A stretch of DNA of 20,000 bases, taken from an uncultured virus (IMG/VR IMGVR_UViG_3300008448_000047). Taxonomy: Duplodnaviria; Heunggongvirae; Uroviricota; Caudoviricetes. Below the pieces are notes generated by a model. The model saw only the letters and a list, made by a program, of their open reading frames with translations, searched no databases and was not told where the DNA came from. The translations under genes were made by a program, and so were the position numbers. The stretch lies in the IMG/VR virus record IMGVR_UViG_3300008448_000047; one strand, written 5' to 3'. Of this stretch, positions 1 through 9,100 are shown piece by piece; position 1 is the first letter of the stretch, and each line of letters opens with the position of its first letter.

Positions 1-1
1 G

Positions 2-181
2 GTTCCCAGCAAGAACGGTATAAGTACCATCATCGTTATCTTTCACGACAATTGGCTTTACCTGGCCAAACTCATTGTATGAGGCAGCTATCGCATCAAC
101 GTTGCCTCGTCTGGGGTTTCCTTCGAGAGGTAGCAACGACTCTATTGGGAGAGCAAGGCTAGAAAGACTTTCGTGAATCAT
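2..181 (-). CDS. ParB/Srx-like N-terminal domain protein (5' part; continues past the left edge)
   Basis: Not in the ORF track. My translation from ATG at 181 gives MIHESLSSLALPIESLLPLEGNPRRGNVDAIAASYNEFGQVKPIVVKDNDDGTYTVLAGN with no stop. NPR...I..S..EFG...PIVV...Y.VLAGN is the ParBc pattern. The start overlaps the upstream stop (ATGA). Confidence 0.85.
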   Translation of the reverse strand, partial: MIHESLSSLALPIESLLPLEGNPRRGNVDAIAASYNEFGQVKPIVVKDNDDGTYTVLAGN

Positions 182-423
182 AATTCCATATTTTCAGTTG
201 TCTGCAAAGACAAAGCTACGACGAACTTAGACTCGGATTTAATTTCTATCAACTCTAAGCCGAGGATATGGATAACCGCTCTGGCCAGCTCGCCCATAGA
301 GTTGTCTAGTTCAATAAGGTCCTTGTCGGACAAGTCTCCAGGGTCCGTCATGTCTAGAAACTCTTCTTTTATATGGTTTTGGATGGCCGAAATGGCCTGG
401 GAAAATTTCTGGTCGTTTGACAT
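178..423 (-). CDS. hypothetical acidic protein (81 aa), probably leaderless
   Basis: ATGA-coupled to the ParB-like gene. An extended -10 (TGA-TAGAGT) lies 6 nt before the ATG. Confidence 0.7.
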   Translation of the reverse strand: MSNDQKFSQAISAIQNHIKEEFLDMTDPGDLSDKDLIELDNSMGELARAVIHILGLELIEIKSESKFVVALSLQTTENMEL

Positions 424-429
424 TGCAAC

Positions 430-451
430 ACTCTATCACTGGCGCTATAGT
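430..451. promoter_or_regulatory. back-to-back divergent -10 elements
   Basis: Minus strand TGATAGAGT (430-438) precedes the 423 start. Plus strand TATAGT (446-451) precedes ssb. Confidence 0.5.
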
Positions 452-493
452 TAGTTCCACATCGGCTACGGCCACAACATGAGGAGAAAAAAA

Positions 494-976
494 ATGACTA
501 CTCAGGTCACATTGATTGGGAACGCCACTGGCGACCCAGAACTTAAGTATTTCCAGAACGGAACAGCAAAAGCCACATTTGGTCTTGCCGTCAACCGTTA
601 CTGGAATGATGAGAGTGGAGAGAAGAAGGAGCAAGTCTCGTACTTCACAGTAGAAGGCTGGCGCTACACAGCGGAAGACATTGCACGCGTTGTCGAAAAA
701 GGAATTCGCATTGTTGTCGTTGGCAAGCTCGAGCAGCAGTCCTGGGAAGACAAGGACAGCGGAGAAAAGCGCTCCAAGGTGATTATCACTGCTGACAACA
801 TCGGAATCCACTCCATGGCAATCGAAAGCGTTGAGCGCCGTCGTGGTGGAAACTCTGCTGGAATTGCAGACGACTCTGTTGCGACAGCATCACGCAAGGC
901 ACCACAAACAGCGGCTAAAAAGCCAGCTCGTCCAGCTGCGCGCCGCGAAGATTTGGCCGACGAAGAACCGTTCTGA
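494..976 (+). CDS. ssb: single-stranded DNA-binding protein
   Basis: OB-fold motifs VTLIGNATGDPELKY, FGLAVNRYW and VVVGKLEQQSWEDK, plus acidic tail DEEPF. RBS GAGGAG at 481 favours the ATG at 494. Confidence 0.95.
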   Translation: MTTQVTLIGNATGDPELKYFQNGTAKATFGLAVNRYWNDESGEKKEQVSYFTVEGWRYTAEDIARVVEKGIRIVVVGKLEQQSWEDKDSGEKRSKVIITADNIGIHSMAIESVERRRGGNSAGIADDSVATASRKAPQTAAKKPARPAARREDLADEEPF

Positions 977-985
977 GCCTCGGAT

Positions 986-1017
986 ACCGGCTGTGACTTT
1001 GGTCACAGCCGGTTTTT
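986..1017 (+). terminator. intrinsic terminator after ssb
   Basis: 12-bp perfect stem ACCGGCTGTGAC / GTCACAGCCGGT with loop TTTG, followed by a T run. Confidence 0.85.
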
Positions 1018-1095
1018 CCATATATAACAAGGACTTCAGGGCGGAATATTGTTAACTGTTACCTAAATAAGGTGCAACAAATTCTGCCCTTGGGG

Positions 1096-1101
1096 TATAA
1101 T
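1096..1101 (+). promoter_or_regulatory. putative -10 element for the transglycosylase operon
   Basis: Consensus TATAAT in the AT-rich gap downstream of the ssb terminator. Confidence 0.5.
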
Positions 1102-1165
1102 AGATAGATAAGTATTAACTAGCCCGGTGCGCCGGAGTCATATTCGCCGAACAAAGGAACGAACA

Positions 1166-2368
1166 TTGGATAAAGCAAAGCGTGTATTCGCTATCCTCCT
1201 GTTAAGTATTGTTGTTATTGGGACAGCACCGGCAAAGCTGTCCGCCAGCCCTTCTTTAGGAGAGGGGGTGGTTAGCCGGTCAGCACTTGATTCGCGTGCA
1301 TGGGAGACCCCCACTAGTTCTTCAAATTTTGACCTTCGAAAATCGTCCACAGAACGCAAGCACGCATACCCAACAGATGAATTTTGGGACAAGCTAGCCC
1401 AGTGCGAAACAGCGCAGAATTGGCAAAATGGCGGTCGATGGGCTGGTGGTCTCGGAATCATGAACAACAGCAAATTCCCCAAGCGAGAAATGGGGACATG
1501 GGAGCGTTTTGGTGGAGAGCAATTTGCCCCCACCCCAGACAAGGCAACGCGAGAAGAGCAGATAATTGTCGCTAACCGTATTGCCGTTGAGGGCTACCAG
1601 CAGTTGGTTCAGCGTGACCCAGATTGGGCGCGACGCCAAGGTGTCCCAGCTCAGTACCTGTGGGACCAAAACCCAGTTGGTCTCGGCGGCTGGGGTTGCT
1701 ATAAGTCCAAGTCAAGCGGTAAATACCGCATGGACAAGCCAAAGATGTACTACTACGAAAACTACAAAGATGTTGTGCACTTTAAGTTTACGATGAACGA
1801 AAAGAGTAAAGCGGTTCACGACTTGCAGGTCTTTTTGGGACTAAAGGTGGACAGCTGGTACGGGCCAAAGACTCGTCAAGCGCATCGTAAATACATTAAA
1901 AAACACAATATCCAGACGTACGACACAATTCCTTACTTGTCCGGTGGGGTTACAGCACAAAGTGTTAGCAGCAATAAAACTGCTCCAGAAAAACGTTGCC
2001 CGAAGTGGGAGAAAATGCTCAAGCAATACAAATTGCCTGTTAAGGATTTTTCTTACATCATGTGGCGAGAGTCGCGCTGTATTTCCAAAGCCATTGGCTG
2101 GAACTACAGAAAAGGGATGAGCCATAAGGACTGCAATCTTGCCCCTGCAGTTCAATACAAAAAATGCAAGGCCGTGAAGTCGTACGACAGTGGTCTATTG
2201 CAAATTAATAGCTCATGGGTAACGGTAACGGCGCAGGTCTGCAAGTCAAAACGAGGAGATATGACAGTTCTCCTCAAGCCTGAATGCAACATTGCTGTCG
2301 CTCTGCACTTGTACAATAATGGTGGAATGCATCATTGGAAGGCCACTTCTGGCCGGTATCCGGAGTAA
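1166..2368 (+). CDS. secreted muralytic protein: Rpf-like transglycosylase + peptidoglycan-binding domain + SLT/lysozyme-like domain
   Basis: Signal peptide KAKRVFAILLLSIVVIGTAPA. Rpf core WDKLAQCET..NW...GGLGI...TWERFGG...ATREEQIIVA. PG-binding LQVFLGLKVDSWYGPKT. Second catalytic domain IMWRESRC...DSGLLQIN...LLKPECNI...W. The TTG at 1166 after AAGGAA is the preferred start (ORF track start 1127). Confidence 0.85.
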   Translation: MDKAKRVFAILLLSIVVIGTAPAKLSASPSLGEGVVSRSALDSRAWETPTSSSNFDLRKSSTERKHAYPTDEFWDKLAQCETAQNWQNGGRWAGGLGIMNNSKFPKREMGTWERFGGEQFAPTPDKATREEQIIVANRIAVEGYQQLVQRDPDWARRQGVPAQYLWDQNPVGLGGWGCYKSKSSGKYRMDKPKMYYYENYKDVVHFKFTMNEKSKAVHDLQVFLGLKVDSWYGPKTRQAHRKYIKKHNIQTYDTIPYLSGGVTAQSVSSNKTAPEKRCPKWEKMLKQYKLPVKDFSYIMWRESRCISKAIGWNYRKGMSHKDCNLAPAVQYKKCKAVKSYDSGLLQINSSWVTVTAQVCKSKRGDMTVLLKPECNIAVALHLYNNGGMHHWKATSGRYPE

Positions 2369-2372
2369 AGTA

Positions 2373-2573
2373 ATGGGCGTGTACTCGAGAGCTAATAAAA
2401 TCGAAAAACTTGAAGTAAAGCATATTCACTTATGGTTCGGAGAGCGAATCGATAAAGATGACATTTCAATAGTGGATGTCACTGTCTGTGCTTGGGTTAA
2501 CCCACCCAAGGAACAGATAACACACAATAAAGAACTCGTAACATGCGATTCATGCATAAGAAGGGCAAGATAA
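2373..2573 (+). CDS. hypothetical protein (66 aa), possible Zn-binding (H, C, CxxC)
   Basis: ATG 4 nt after the upstream stop with GGAG in front. Ends VTCDSC. Fills the gap in the operon. Confidence 0.6.
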   Translation: MGVYSRANKIEKLEVKHIHLWFGERIDKDDISIVDVTVCAWVNPPKEQITHNKELVTCDSCIRRAR

Positions 2574-2575
2574 AA

Positions 2576-2857
2576 ATGGTAGGGAAAGACGCTCCAAACA
2601 TGGACCACTCACACTACGAAAAGAAAGAAATTTCTTTTAAAGAGTGGATGTCTATGGGTATTGCACGTGGATGGGCTGGTCCGCCAGTGTGTTATACACA
2701 CGATGGATTACCAACATCGCCAGGCGAAGATGAAGAGTTTGATGAAGGATTGGACCCGTGTATTCATATTATTCGTCTCTATGAAGACGAGGAACATCGT
2801 GCCTCGATTGAAGAATCCCACTCCCCTTCACAATGGCGTAACCATTACTTAAAGTAG
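2576..2857 (+). CDS. hypothetical phage protein (93 aa)
   Basis: Closely follows the previous gene. Contains GWAGPPVCYTHDG...DPCIHIIRLY with possible Cys/His metal ligands. Confidence 0.75.
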   Translation: MVGKDAPNMDHSHYEKKEISFKEWMSMGIARGWAGPPVCYTHDGLPTSPGEDEEFDEGLDPCIHIIRLYEDEEHRASIEESHSPSQWRNHYLK

Positions 2858-2926
2858 CTCCACCGCATTATTCTCGCGTGCTGTATTATTGTGTGGGGAC
2901 AATCCCACCGACAATAAGGAGCTCAA

Positions 2927-3319
2927 ATGCCGGCAACAATTCCATTTTCAATTTTCACTCTCACATCAGACGAGGTTTTAGCAACAGGTACGAAGGCACG
3001 CATGGTAGCCCCATGTGACGGCAAAATCGTAAAAGTTACAGCTGCTCTTATCAGCGCATCTGTAGGTTCTTCTGTGATTCTCGATGTGAATATCGGTGGA
3101 ACAACAATTTTCACCACTCAGGCAAACCGCCCTACAGTGGCGGCAGCTGCAACAACTGCAACAACTGGAACTGCACAGGTTGTTGAGTTTTCAGCCGGCG
3201 ATGTAATCACTGTAGATGTAGACCAGGTTGGTTCCGGTACTGCTGGTACCGGCTTCACAGTCGCAATTGCCTACGAAGACAAGGACTCGGCTTCCACACA
3301 CGCCATTCAGGGTCTCTAA
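2927..3319 (+). CDS. putative virion structural/decoration protein (130 aa, beta-rich)
   Basis: Strong RBS AAGGAG. A/T/V/G-rich with pattern TTIFTTQANRPTVAA...AGDVITVDVDQVGSGTAG. Has its own terminator. Function is inferred. Confidence 0.6.
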   Translation: MPATIPFSIFTLTSDEVLATGTKARMVAPCDGKIVKVTAALISASVGSSVILDVNIGGTTIFTTQANRPTVAAAATTATTGTAQVVEFSAGDVITVDVDQVGSGTAGTGFTVAIAYEDKDSASTHAIQGL

Positions 3320-3336
3320 TACCCGACAAGGAGAAT

Positions 3337-3365
3337 GGCCCGGGTGTAACAGCCCGGGCCTTTTT
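3337..3365 (+). terminator. intrinsic terminator between convergent genes
   Basis: GGCCCGGG...CCCGGGCC stem followed by TTTTT. Confidence 0.8.
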
Positions 3366-3650
3366 CTATTTATTGGTTATGTCGCCAATTTGTCGCGCAA
3401 TCTGCCCTACAGAAGGGAGATAGCTAGATATACCGGCGTTAGATACTTCTCCATCCTTTGCTGATATAGCTTTGGAGTACCCAATCCGTCGGGAAGACTC
3501 AACTTCTTCTAGGCGATTAAGATAGAACTTTAAACTGTTGGTTATGGATTCAATTTCGCGCTTAAGGAAAGCTATTTCTCTTTCTAGTGCGTCTACTTCA
3601 TCTCTTATTTGGCCCGATATGTCGTCAGAGCCACGCTTTGATTTTCTCAT
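3366..3650 (-). CDS. hypothetical coiled-coil protein (94 aa)
   Basis: Start overlaps the upstream stop. Heptad-like run IRDEVDALEREIAFLKREIESI. Confidence 0.65.
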   Translation of the reverse strand: MRKSKRGSDDISGQIRDEVDALEREIAFLKREIESITNSLKFYLNRLEEVESSRRIGYSKAISAKDGEVSNAGISSYLPSVGQIARQIGDITNK

Positions 3651-4003
3651 TTATAACCTTTGACTACTCCGTCAGGAATGACAGCAAACCTGCATTTTCC
3701 ATTAGATTCTACGGGCATTGCCAGGATTTTGCAAGAGCTTCCGCCCTCGTACAGTACGCAGTTTGAGCACTTAACCCCGATTGAAGCTTTCTGGTTTTCA
3801 GCGGCGCTTTTATATCCGGCCCATATGCCTTTGCCGTCTTGGTTGAATTTGCCGTGCCTTTTGGCAATTGAAACCAAAGCTTCAGCCAGTTCTTTTTCTT
3901 CTTGCTGGAGTACGGGTGCTTGCTCTGTGACCTTGACTATCCTTATATTGCCTCCGCTCATTAGGGATGCAATGATGTTCATAATTGCGTTGCTATCTTT
4001 CAT
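3647..4003 (-). CDS. HiPIP-like four-cysteine protein
   Basis: KCSNCVLYEGGSSCKILAMPVESNGKC resembles the HiPIP cysteine spacing. The ATG at 4003 overlaps the nuclease stop (ATGA). Confidence 0.6.
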   Translation of the reverse strand: MKDSNAIMNIIASLMSGGNIRIVKVTEQAPVLQQEEKELAEALVSIAKRHGKFNQDGKGIWAGYKSAAENQKASIGVKCSNCVLYEGGSSCKILAMPVESNGKCRFAVIPDGVVKGYK

Positions 4004-4398
4004 TTGAATTCCGTCCAAGTCTTATTGCCGACGCCATAATATTCTCTCGCTAGTCCTGATTGAATTATGTCGTTATTCAAGCATGCTGTAGCTGGGTCAT
4101 TTACGTCTTCAGAGCTGTATATTTTTGCCAAGATTCTGCCGTATTTATCGTTTTTGTCTGGGATTGTGTTCACATATACCCATTTATGACTTGTTAGCCA
4201 GTCGGAGGTAAAGTCCTTGGCTTTAACACCAAGAGCTTTTTCTTCTTTGTTTGATGTTCTCGACTCTGGGGTATTAACGCCATACAGACGAACACGTATT
4301 TTGTGGTGTATATCAAACCCTAGGTCTATACGCAAATCTAGCGTGTCACCGTCTATTACCTTAAGTACTTCGGCACCGTACCAATATCTTTCGTTCAT
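4000..4398 (-). CDS. thermonuclease (SNase-like) family protein
   Basis: Motifs VIDGDTL, VRLYGVNTPE, DKYGRILA and GLAREY. The ATG at 4398 lies 6 nt after an extended -10. Confidence 0.9.
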   Translation of the reverse strand: MNERYWYGAEVLKVIDGDTLDLRIDLGFDIHHKIRVRLYGVNTPESRTSNKEEKALGVKAKDFTSDWLTSHKWVYVNTIPDKNDKYGRILAKIYSSEDVNDPATACLNNDIIQSGLAREYYGVGNKTWTEFK

Positions 4399-4404
4399 AT
4401 AGCA

Positions 4405-4413
4405 ATTATCCCA
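4405..4413 (-). promoter_or_regulatory. extended -10 promoter (leaderless transcript)
   Basis: TGG-GATAAT, then 6 nt, then ATG. No SD sequence. Lies immediately past the capsid terminator. Confidence 0.55.
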
Positions 4414-4420
4414 CAAAAGC

Positions 4421-4446
4421 AAAACCCCCGGGTTTTATCCCGGGGG
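4421..4446 (-). terminator. intrinsic terminator after the major capsid gene
   Basis: CCCCCGGG / CCCGGGGG stem with a 6-nt loop, followed by TTTT on the minus strand. Confidence 0.85.
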
Positions 4447-4470
4447 CCCTACTATTGATTTTGTTTGTTA

Positions 4471-5814
4471 TTAGGCAGTTGGTGCTGCGTCGAAGTCAAC
4501 CTTGACGAATGCTTCTGGACGCTTCACTGCAAGAGCAAGACGCTGCTCAGCAAGAACCACAATTGCGTTGCGCACGAAGAAGTCTGCGTGCTGCTCTGAA
4601 ATGCGGATGCTTGCCTGCTCGCGGTCGTACAACTGTGCGCCGGTGCCGAAAGCTCCGACGAGAGCTGTGCCCTCTGCGATTGCTGGGGTGTCGATAACTG
4701 GCATGCGCCAGATACGCTGTTCTCCACCAAGAGCTACCGAGACAGCAACGAGGTACTGACCCTGGTCGTCCTTTGCGAGTTCCATGTCTTCCCAGTCGTT
4801 CGGGTGCAAGACCACGCCTGTTGGCTCGTAGTACGAGAGGAATGACAGTGTCGCAGCACGACGGATTGCGTCAGCCTTGTTGTCAGCAACTGGCAAGTGA
4901 GCACCTTCGGACCATGCGTACTCCTGGATGCCCGTGGTCTGAAGAACACCCTGAAGGTTCTCGCCGGTGCCGTCACCGTTAAGAATTTGAGAGTCCTCAA
5001 GAAGACGGAGACCGTACATGAGTTCGTTGTCGATAATGCTGCGGAGCTGTGGCTCGTCTGCAAGAACGTTGCGGTGTGCAGCTTCCCAGTGTGCAAGTGT
5101 GCGTACTGGGGCTTGCTCACCGACGAACACCATGCTCGACTGTGGCTTAGCACCAAAAGCAGTATTGCCACCATTGCGCTCAGCAACTGAAGCAGCAGCA
5201 TTTGTGCCGCCGCCGGCGCTTGTGAAACCAAGCTGGCGGAAGTACTCAATGACAGCAGCTGTCGTTGTGCGGGTTGGGAAGAGGTCACGAACGCGCTTGG
5301 TACGTGTTGGCGGGGTGACGATTGGGTCACGCTGAATGGTACCGAACGAACCAGGTGTTCCTGATGGAAGTGCTGAGTAAACGTCCTTGACGCCGTAGTT
5401 TGTCAGTGACAAACCAGCCTGCCAAGGCGAAATCATGTTTGCACCATTCTTGCCACCCTGAAGTGACTTGAACTCTGGGGATTCGGTGAACATTTGACCA
5501 ATTGACTTGAAGCCCATATCGCGAGCTGCTTCGTATAGTGCATTTTCTGCACTCTTGGCGTTGTATTCAACTGCGACAGAGTTACCCTCTTCGCGGCTCC
5601 ATCCGTCAACATCCTTCATCTGCTCTAGGCCATCGATGAGGCTGCGGATTTCACGGATGTCGCGCATGTTTGAATCGAATGCGGACTTTTGTTCTGAAGA
5701 CACAACAACTGTGCCATCTTCAACCTTGAACGAATCAGCAATTGACTTGTTCTCGGCCATTTTTGTTCTGAGTGCGCCTTGTAGTTCGCGTACTCTTGCT
5801 TCGTCGTAAGACAT
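4471..5814 (-). CDS. major capsid protein, HK97 fold, with N-terminal helical delta/scaffold domain
   Basis: Motifs VRTLAHW, QLRSIIDNEL..GL, QILNGDGTGENLQGVL, VLHPNDW, KDDQGQYL and FVRNAIVVLAEQRLALAVKRPEAFVK. RBS AAGGAG. Downstream terminator. Confidence 0.95.
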   Translation of the reverse strand: MSYDEARVRELQGALRTKMAENKSIADSFKVEDGTVVVSSEQKSAFDSNMRDIREIRSLIDGLEQMKDVDGWSREEGNSVAVEYNAKSAENALYEAARDMGFKSIGQMFTESPEFKSLQGGKNGANMISPWQAGLSLTNYGVKDVYSALPSGTPGSFGTIQRDPIVTPPTRTKRVRDLFPTRTTTAAVIEYFRQLGFTSAGGGTNAAASVAERNGGNTAFGAKPQSSMVFVGEQAPVRTLAHWEAAHRNVLADEPQLRSIIDNELMYGLRLLEDSQILNGDGTGENLQGVLQTTGIQEYAWSEGAHLPVADNKADAIRRAATLSFLSYYEPTGVVLHPNDWEDMELAKDDQGQYLVAVSVALGGEQRIWRMPVIDTPAIAEGTALVGAFGTGAQLYDREQASIRISEQHADFFVRNAIVVLAEQRLALAVKRPEAFVKVDFDAAPTA

Positions 5815-5905
5815 TTGTCTTTCTCCTTAGAAAGTTTGGATTTTTGGAATTTTGGGTCAGATACATCTGCTTAGGTAAGCACCCAGCTCCTGTTTCCTGA
5901 TACCT

Positions 5906-5914
5906 AATGTACCA
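5906..5914 (-). promoter_or_regulatory. putative extended -10 promoter of the capsid gene
   Basis: TGG-TACATT about 90 nt upstream of the capsid ATG, in intergenic DNA. Confidence 0.5.
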
Positions 5915-5957
5915 AACCTAATATCTGTTGTAGTGGAAGTATTGCAAGAAAACAGTA

Positions 5958-6143
5958 TTAATTTGGAACTTGTAAAGCGTCGCCAGATTTAGCTAAATCG
6001 TTGGCAGCAAAGCGCATTCGCCAGTACATGGCGATGTTTTCTGGAGTTTGTTTGACACCATACTTAGACATATCTTCATCTCGTATTGCAGCAAGATAAA
6101 TCTTTTCAATGTCATCGGAAAGAATGTTGTTTTCCATCGTCAT
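5958..6143 (-). CDS. hypothetical protein (61 aa)
   Basis: ATGA overlap with the stop of the giant ORF. AAGG upstream. Confidence 0.6.
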   Translation of the reverse strand: MTMENNILSDDIEKIYLAAIRDEDMSKYGVKQTPENIAMYWRMRFAANDLAKSGDALQVPN

Positions 6144-9100
6144 GCACCTTTTCTTAAAATGTTTGTGACGTTGCCTGTTGTCATTCTGGCTACGTTCACT
6201 CCGTCAGGAATTGGCATTGTGTTGATTATTTCTGCAATTTCTTTATGGGTCAAGTTCGGTCTTGATTTAATCAAACGCTGTACTTCTCTAATTCGTTTGT
6301 CAACAAATTTTTGTGTCAAGCTTTTTTTAATTTTTCTAGCCGTTTGTTCTTTGTTGGGAAGGCGGTAGCTCTCGAGAATCCCAGCCTTACGCATGCGCGT
6401 CAACCGTGCTGTCCAATCTGTACGGTCCATAAGTATGTCGTACTCGTTCCGTAGCGCCTCTAGGGCGTCGGCGACCTGTAGACCGCGACCGTAAACATCC
6501 AGTATGGCGTCCTGTACGTCTTCCTTGGAGTATCTATCTTTGTCGTAGCGCGTAGCCATACTCCCGGATATTTGACCGCCAGAGTTTTCGGGAAGACGGC
6601 GCACAAACTGGTTTACGAACCTGGCTCCCTCTTCTGAATACCGCTGCTGCCTTAAATCGACGTTGTAACGCTTAATTGCTTCAGACAGAAGGGTGCTGGC
6701 AATGCCCTTACGTTTTGAATCTGGAGAAATAAAGATGTTTACATTTCCTTTTTTCTCAAGAGGAAGGTCTTGAGGGTAGTGGTAAACAATTCCTTTTAAT
6801 ATTCCTTTTTCATCTCTCCACAGAAGACAGTCAACCCATTGTCCAGGCTGGAGACCGTTGCCCGTTCCTTTGAAATACGAAAATCCGGGAGGACCTTTTT
6901 TGTCAAACTGAGAAGCTTGCCCCTTGAATGGCCATGGCTCTCCACCAAGACTTTCTTTTACGTCTTTCCATGGTTTGCCTCTATATTTAGGAGCGTTTCG
7001 CATCTCTCTTCTGCTGTTGAAAGACTCCCAGCCTTCTGCTGGTTGAGTTATTCGACCAGATATTGAGCCACCCATTCTGCCGGAAACGGATACGGGTTCA
7101 ACAGCACGTCTGTAGCGAATTCTTGTATCAGGAAGTGTTACGCCATCGTCTTCCCATGCCAATAGCTCTTCGGGGGTAACGCCTTCACCAAACTTGTCTT
7201 TGCGCGACTTTTTGATAAGCGCCCTAATTTCATCCCGGGTTTTTCTTTCAGAATCGCCTAACTTTCCTCTAAAAATATCGTTTACTGATTCAGAAAGTTT
7301 TTTCAGAAATTTGTTTTTTGCATCCTCGTCGTACCAATAGTAACCGTTGCGCGGCCAGTGTGATGCTCCAAAGAGTCCTTCTGGGCTGTAATTATCTCCG
7401 TACAAAGATATTTCTGATATGCCCAATTCTCTGTATATTTCTTCGTTTCGCGCGTTTAGTGCGGTTCCTATACCGAGTCCCTGTTGTTGAAATTTTACTA
7501 CCATCCCCTTGTGTTCTGCTTCTGCTGAATTGTCGTCAAAGTACAAAACCCTGTCAAAAGATGCAAGGCTATTGTTATCGTTAAGTTGACTTGGATTGGT
7601 CCCTAAATGTTTGGGGAAAACCAGTCCAGATATTTCTATGCGCGTTTTGTTTGCTGGGATGGTATAGCCACCCCTGTCATAACCTCCGTCGCCGGTGTTG
7701 GTTACCTTCACGTCTATAGGAATTACATTGAACTCATTGCCTCTGTTTGTTTTTGTTCTGTCTATGTAGTCTTTATTCCCAACTATTACACCGGTAAAAG
7801 CTTCCTTCATTGCTTTTTTTATTTCGCTGTATTTGCCTTTATTTGCAATAAGCTGTCTTGCTTTTCTGGCTGCAGACCTCTCTCTGCCTGAAATAGCTTG
7901 ATTTTCTGCAGATTTCTTTATACCGGCACTTGACATTCTTCCGGATATGTCACCGTTTTGTGCTGCCCAGATAATGATGTCCATCGGGAGCTCTTCATTT
8001 TCAAATGCGTCCATTGCTCCAGGTGTCTTGTTCAAAACATCTTTAACAATTGATTGCTGTGCTGGGGTAAGTGATTTCCATGTTGACTCAAGCGCGTCAT
8101 CTGATACAAAGTCATCAATTTTCTTTTCAGGGGAAATCAGAGGTCTTGATGAAGGTTGTACCGGTGGGCGATATTGCATGTTGGGGTCAATTACGCCAGT
8201 TGTCACGACGTTGAATATTCTGTCTTTTGACATGTCGGAGCTGCTAGCTATATCTTCTATCGACTGGCCGGCATCGAATGACTCTATTGCCTTTCCTTCT
8301 GGGCTTTCTGCCGCATATCGGTTTTGGAACAGACGCGCAGTTGGGCGTCCACCTCGCTTAACTTTCTGAGTAGCTTCATCAAAATCAGCATAGACATATG
8401 CGTCTTCATGCTTAATTTCAAGAGGGCTTGAAGCTGATGGCTTGGAAGCAAGAAGGCGACGAGACGATATATCTGTCGAATCCCATAGGTAAAATTCGTC
8501 TGCTGCTTTTGCAACAGATGGCATTATTTGCCTATTTCTTCCCATTACAGCGCTGTTGAAGTGTCCAGGAAGGCTACGTGGGTCTGTTAAGGAGCGGCGT
8601 TCTAGTGATTCCGCAAGCGCATCTGGCGTTGCCGTGTTGTAGTGCATGACAATGTCGTATCCGGCTGACCTGGCTGCTTGCAGAGTTTCAAAACCAGAGT
8701 TGTATTGTCCAGTTGAGTCGTATACAACGTCAAGACCCTGAGATATCGCTTCTTGCAGTGCAAGGTCCGCTATTACACGTGATTCTTCGTGAACAGCATT
8801 CGCCCACATTGGGTTTCCGGCAGCATGAAGTGCTCTTGCCTCGGGTAGAAGGGTTTTTATTTCATCAGCATCAACATGGAGCGCAAACCCTGGTGTTGGG
8901 ATATTGTGAGCGCCGGTTTTTCTGTCTGTAGTCTTGCCTGAACCAGCTGGCCCACCAACTGAAACAAATTTACGCTTTCCTCCAGTAGGGCGTTGTACTC
9001 CTGCTACCAATGCATCAATAATGGGGCGATAAACGTTGTCGTAGCGATACTTGCTGACATTTGACTTTCCGCCAAATGTTGTGGTTACTTCAACAGATGG

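Noticed and set aside
311..811. 166-aa minus-strand ORF
   Set aside because: It is antisense to the clearly genuine ssb and has no recognisable motifs.
1020..1165. c-di-AMP (ydaO) riboswitch, which often precedes actinobacterial rpf genes
   Set aside because: The leader is short and AT-rich. Only a tiny CCGG hairpin is visible and no riboswitch architecture.
4502..5809. Overlapping ORFs within the capsid gene, including the 198-aa one
   Set aside because: They are expected from codon bias in the capsid gene, and the translations are not protein-like.
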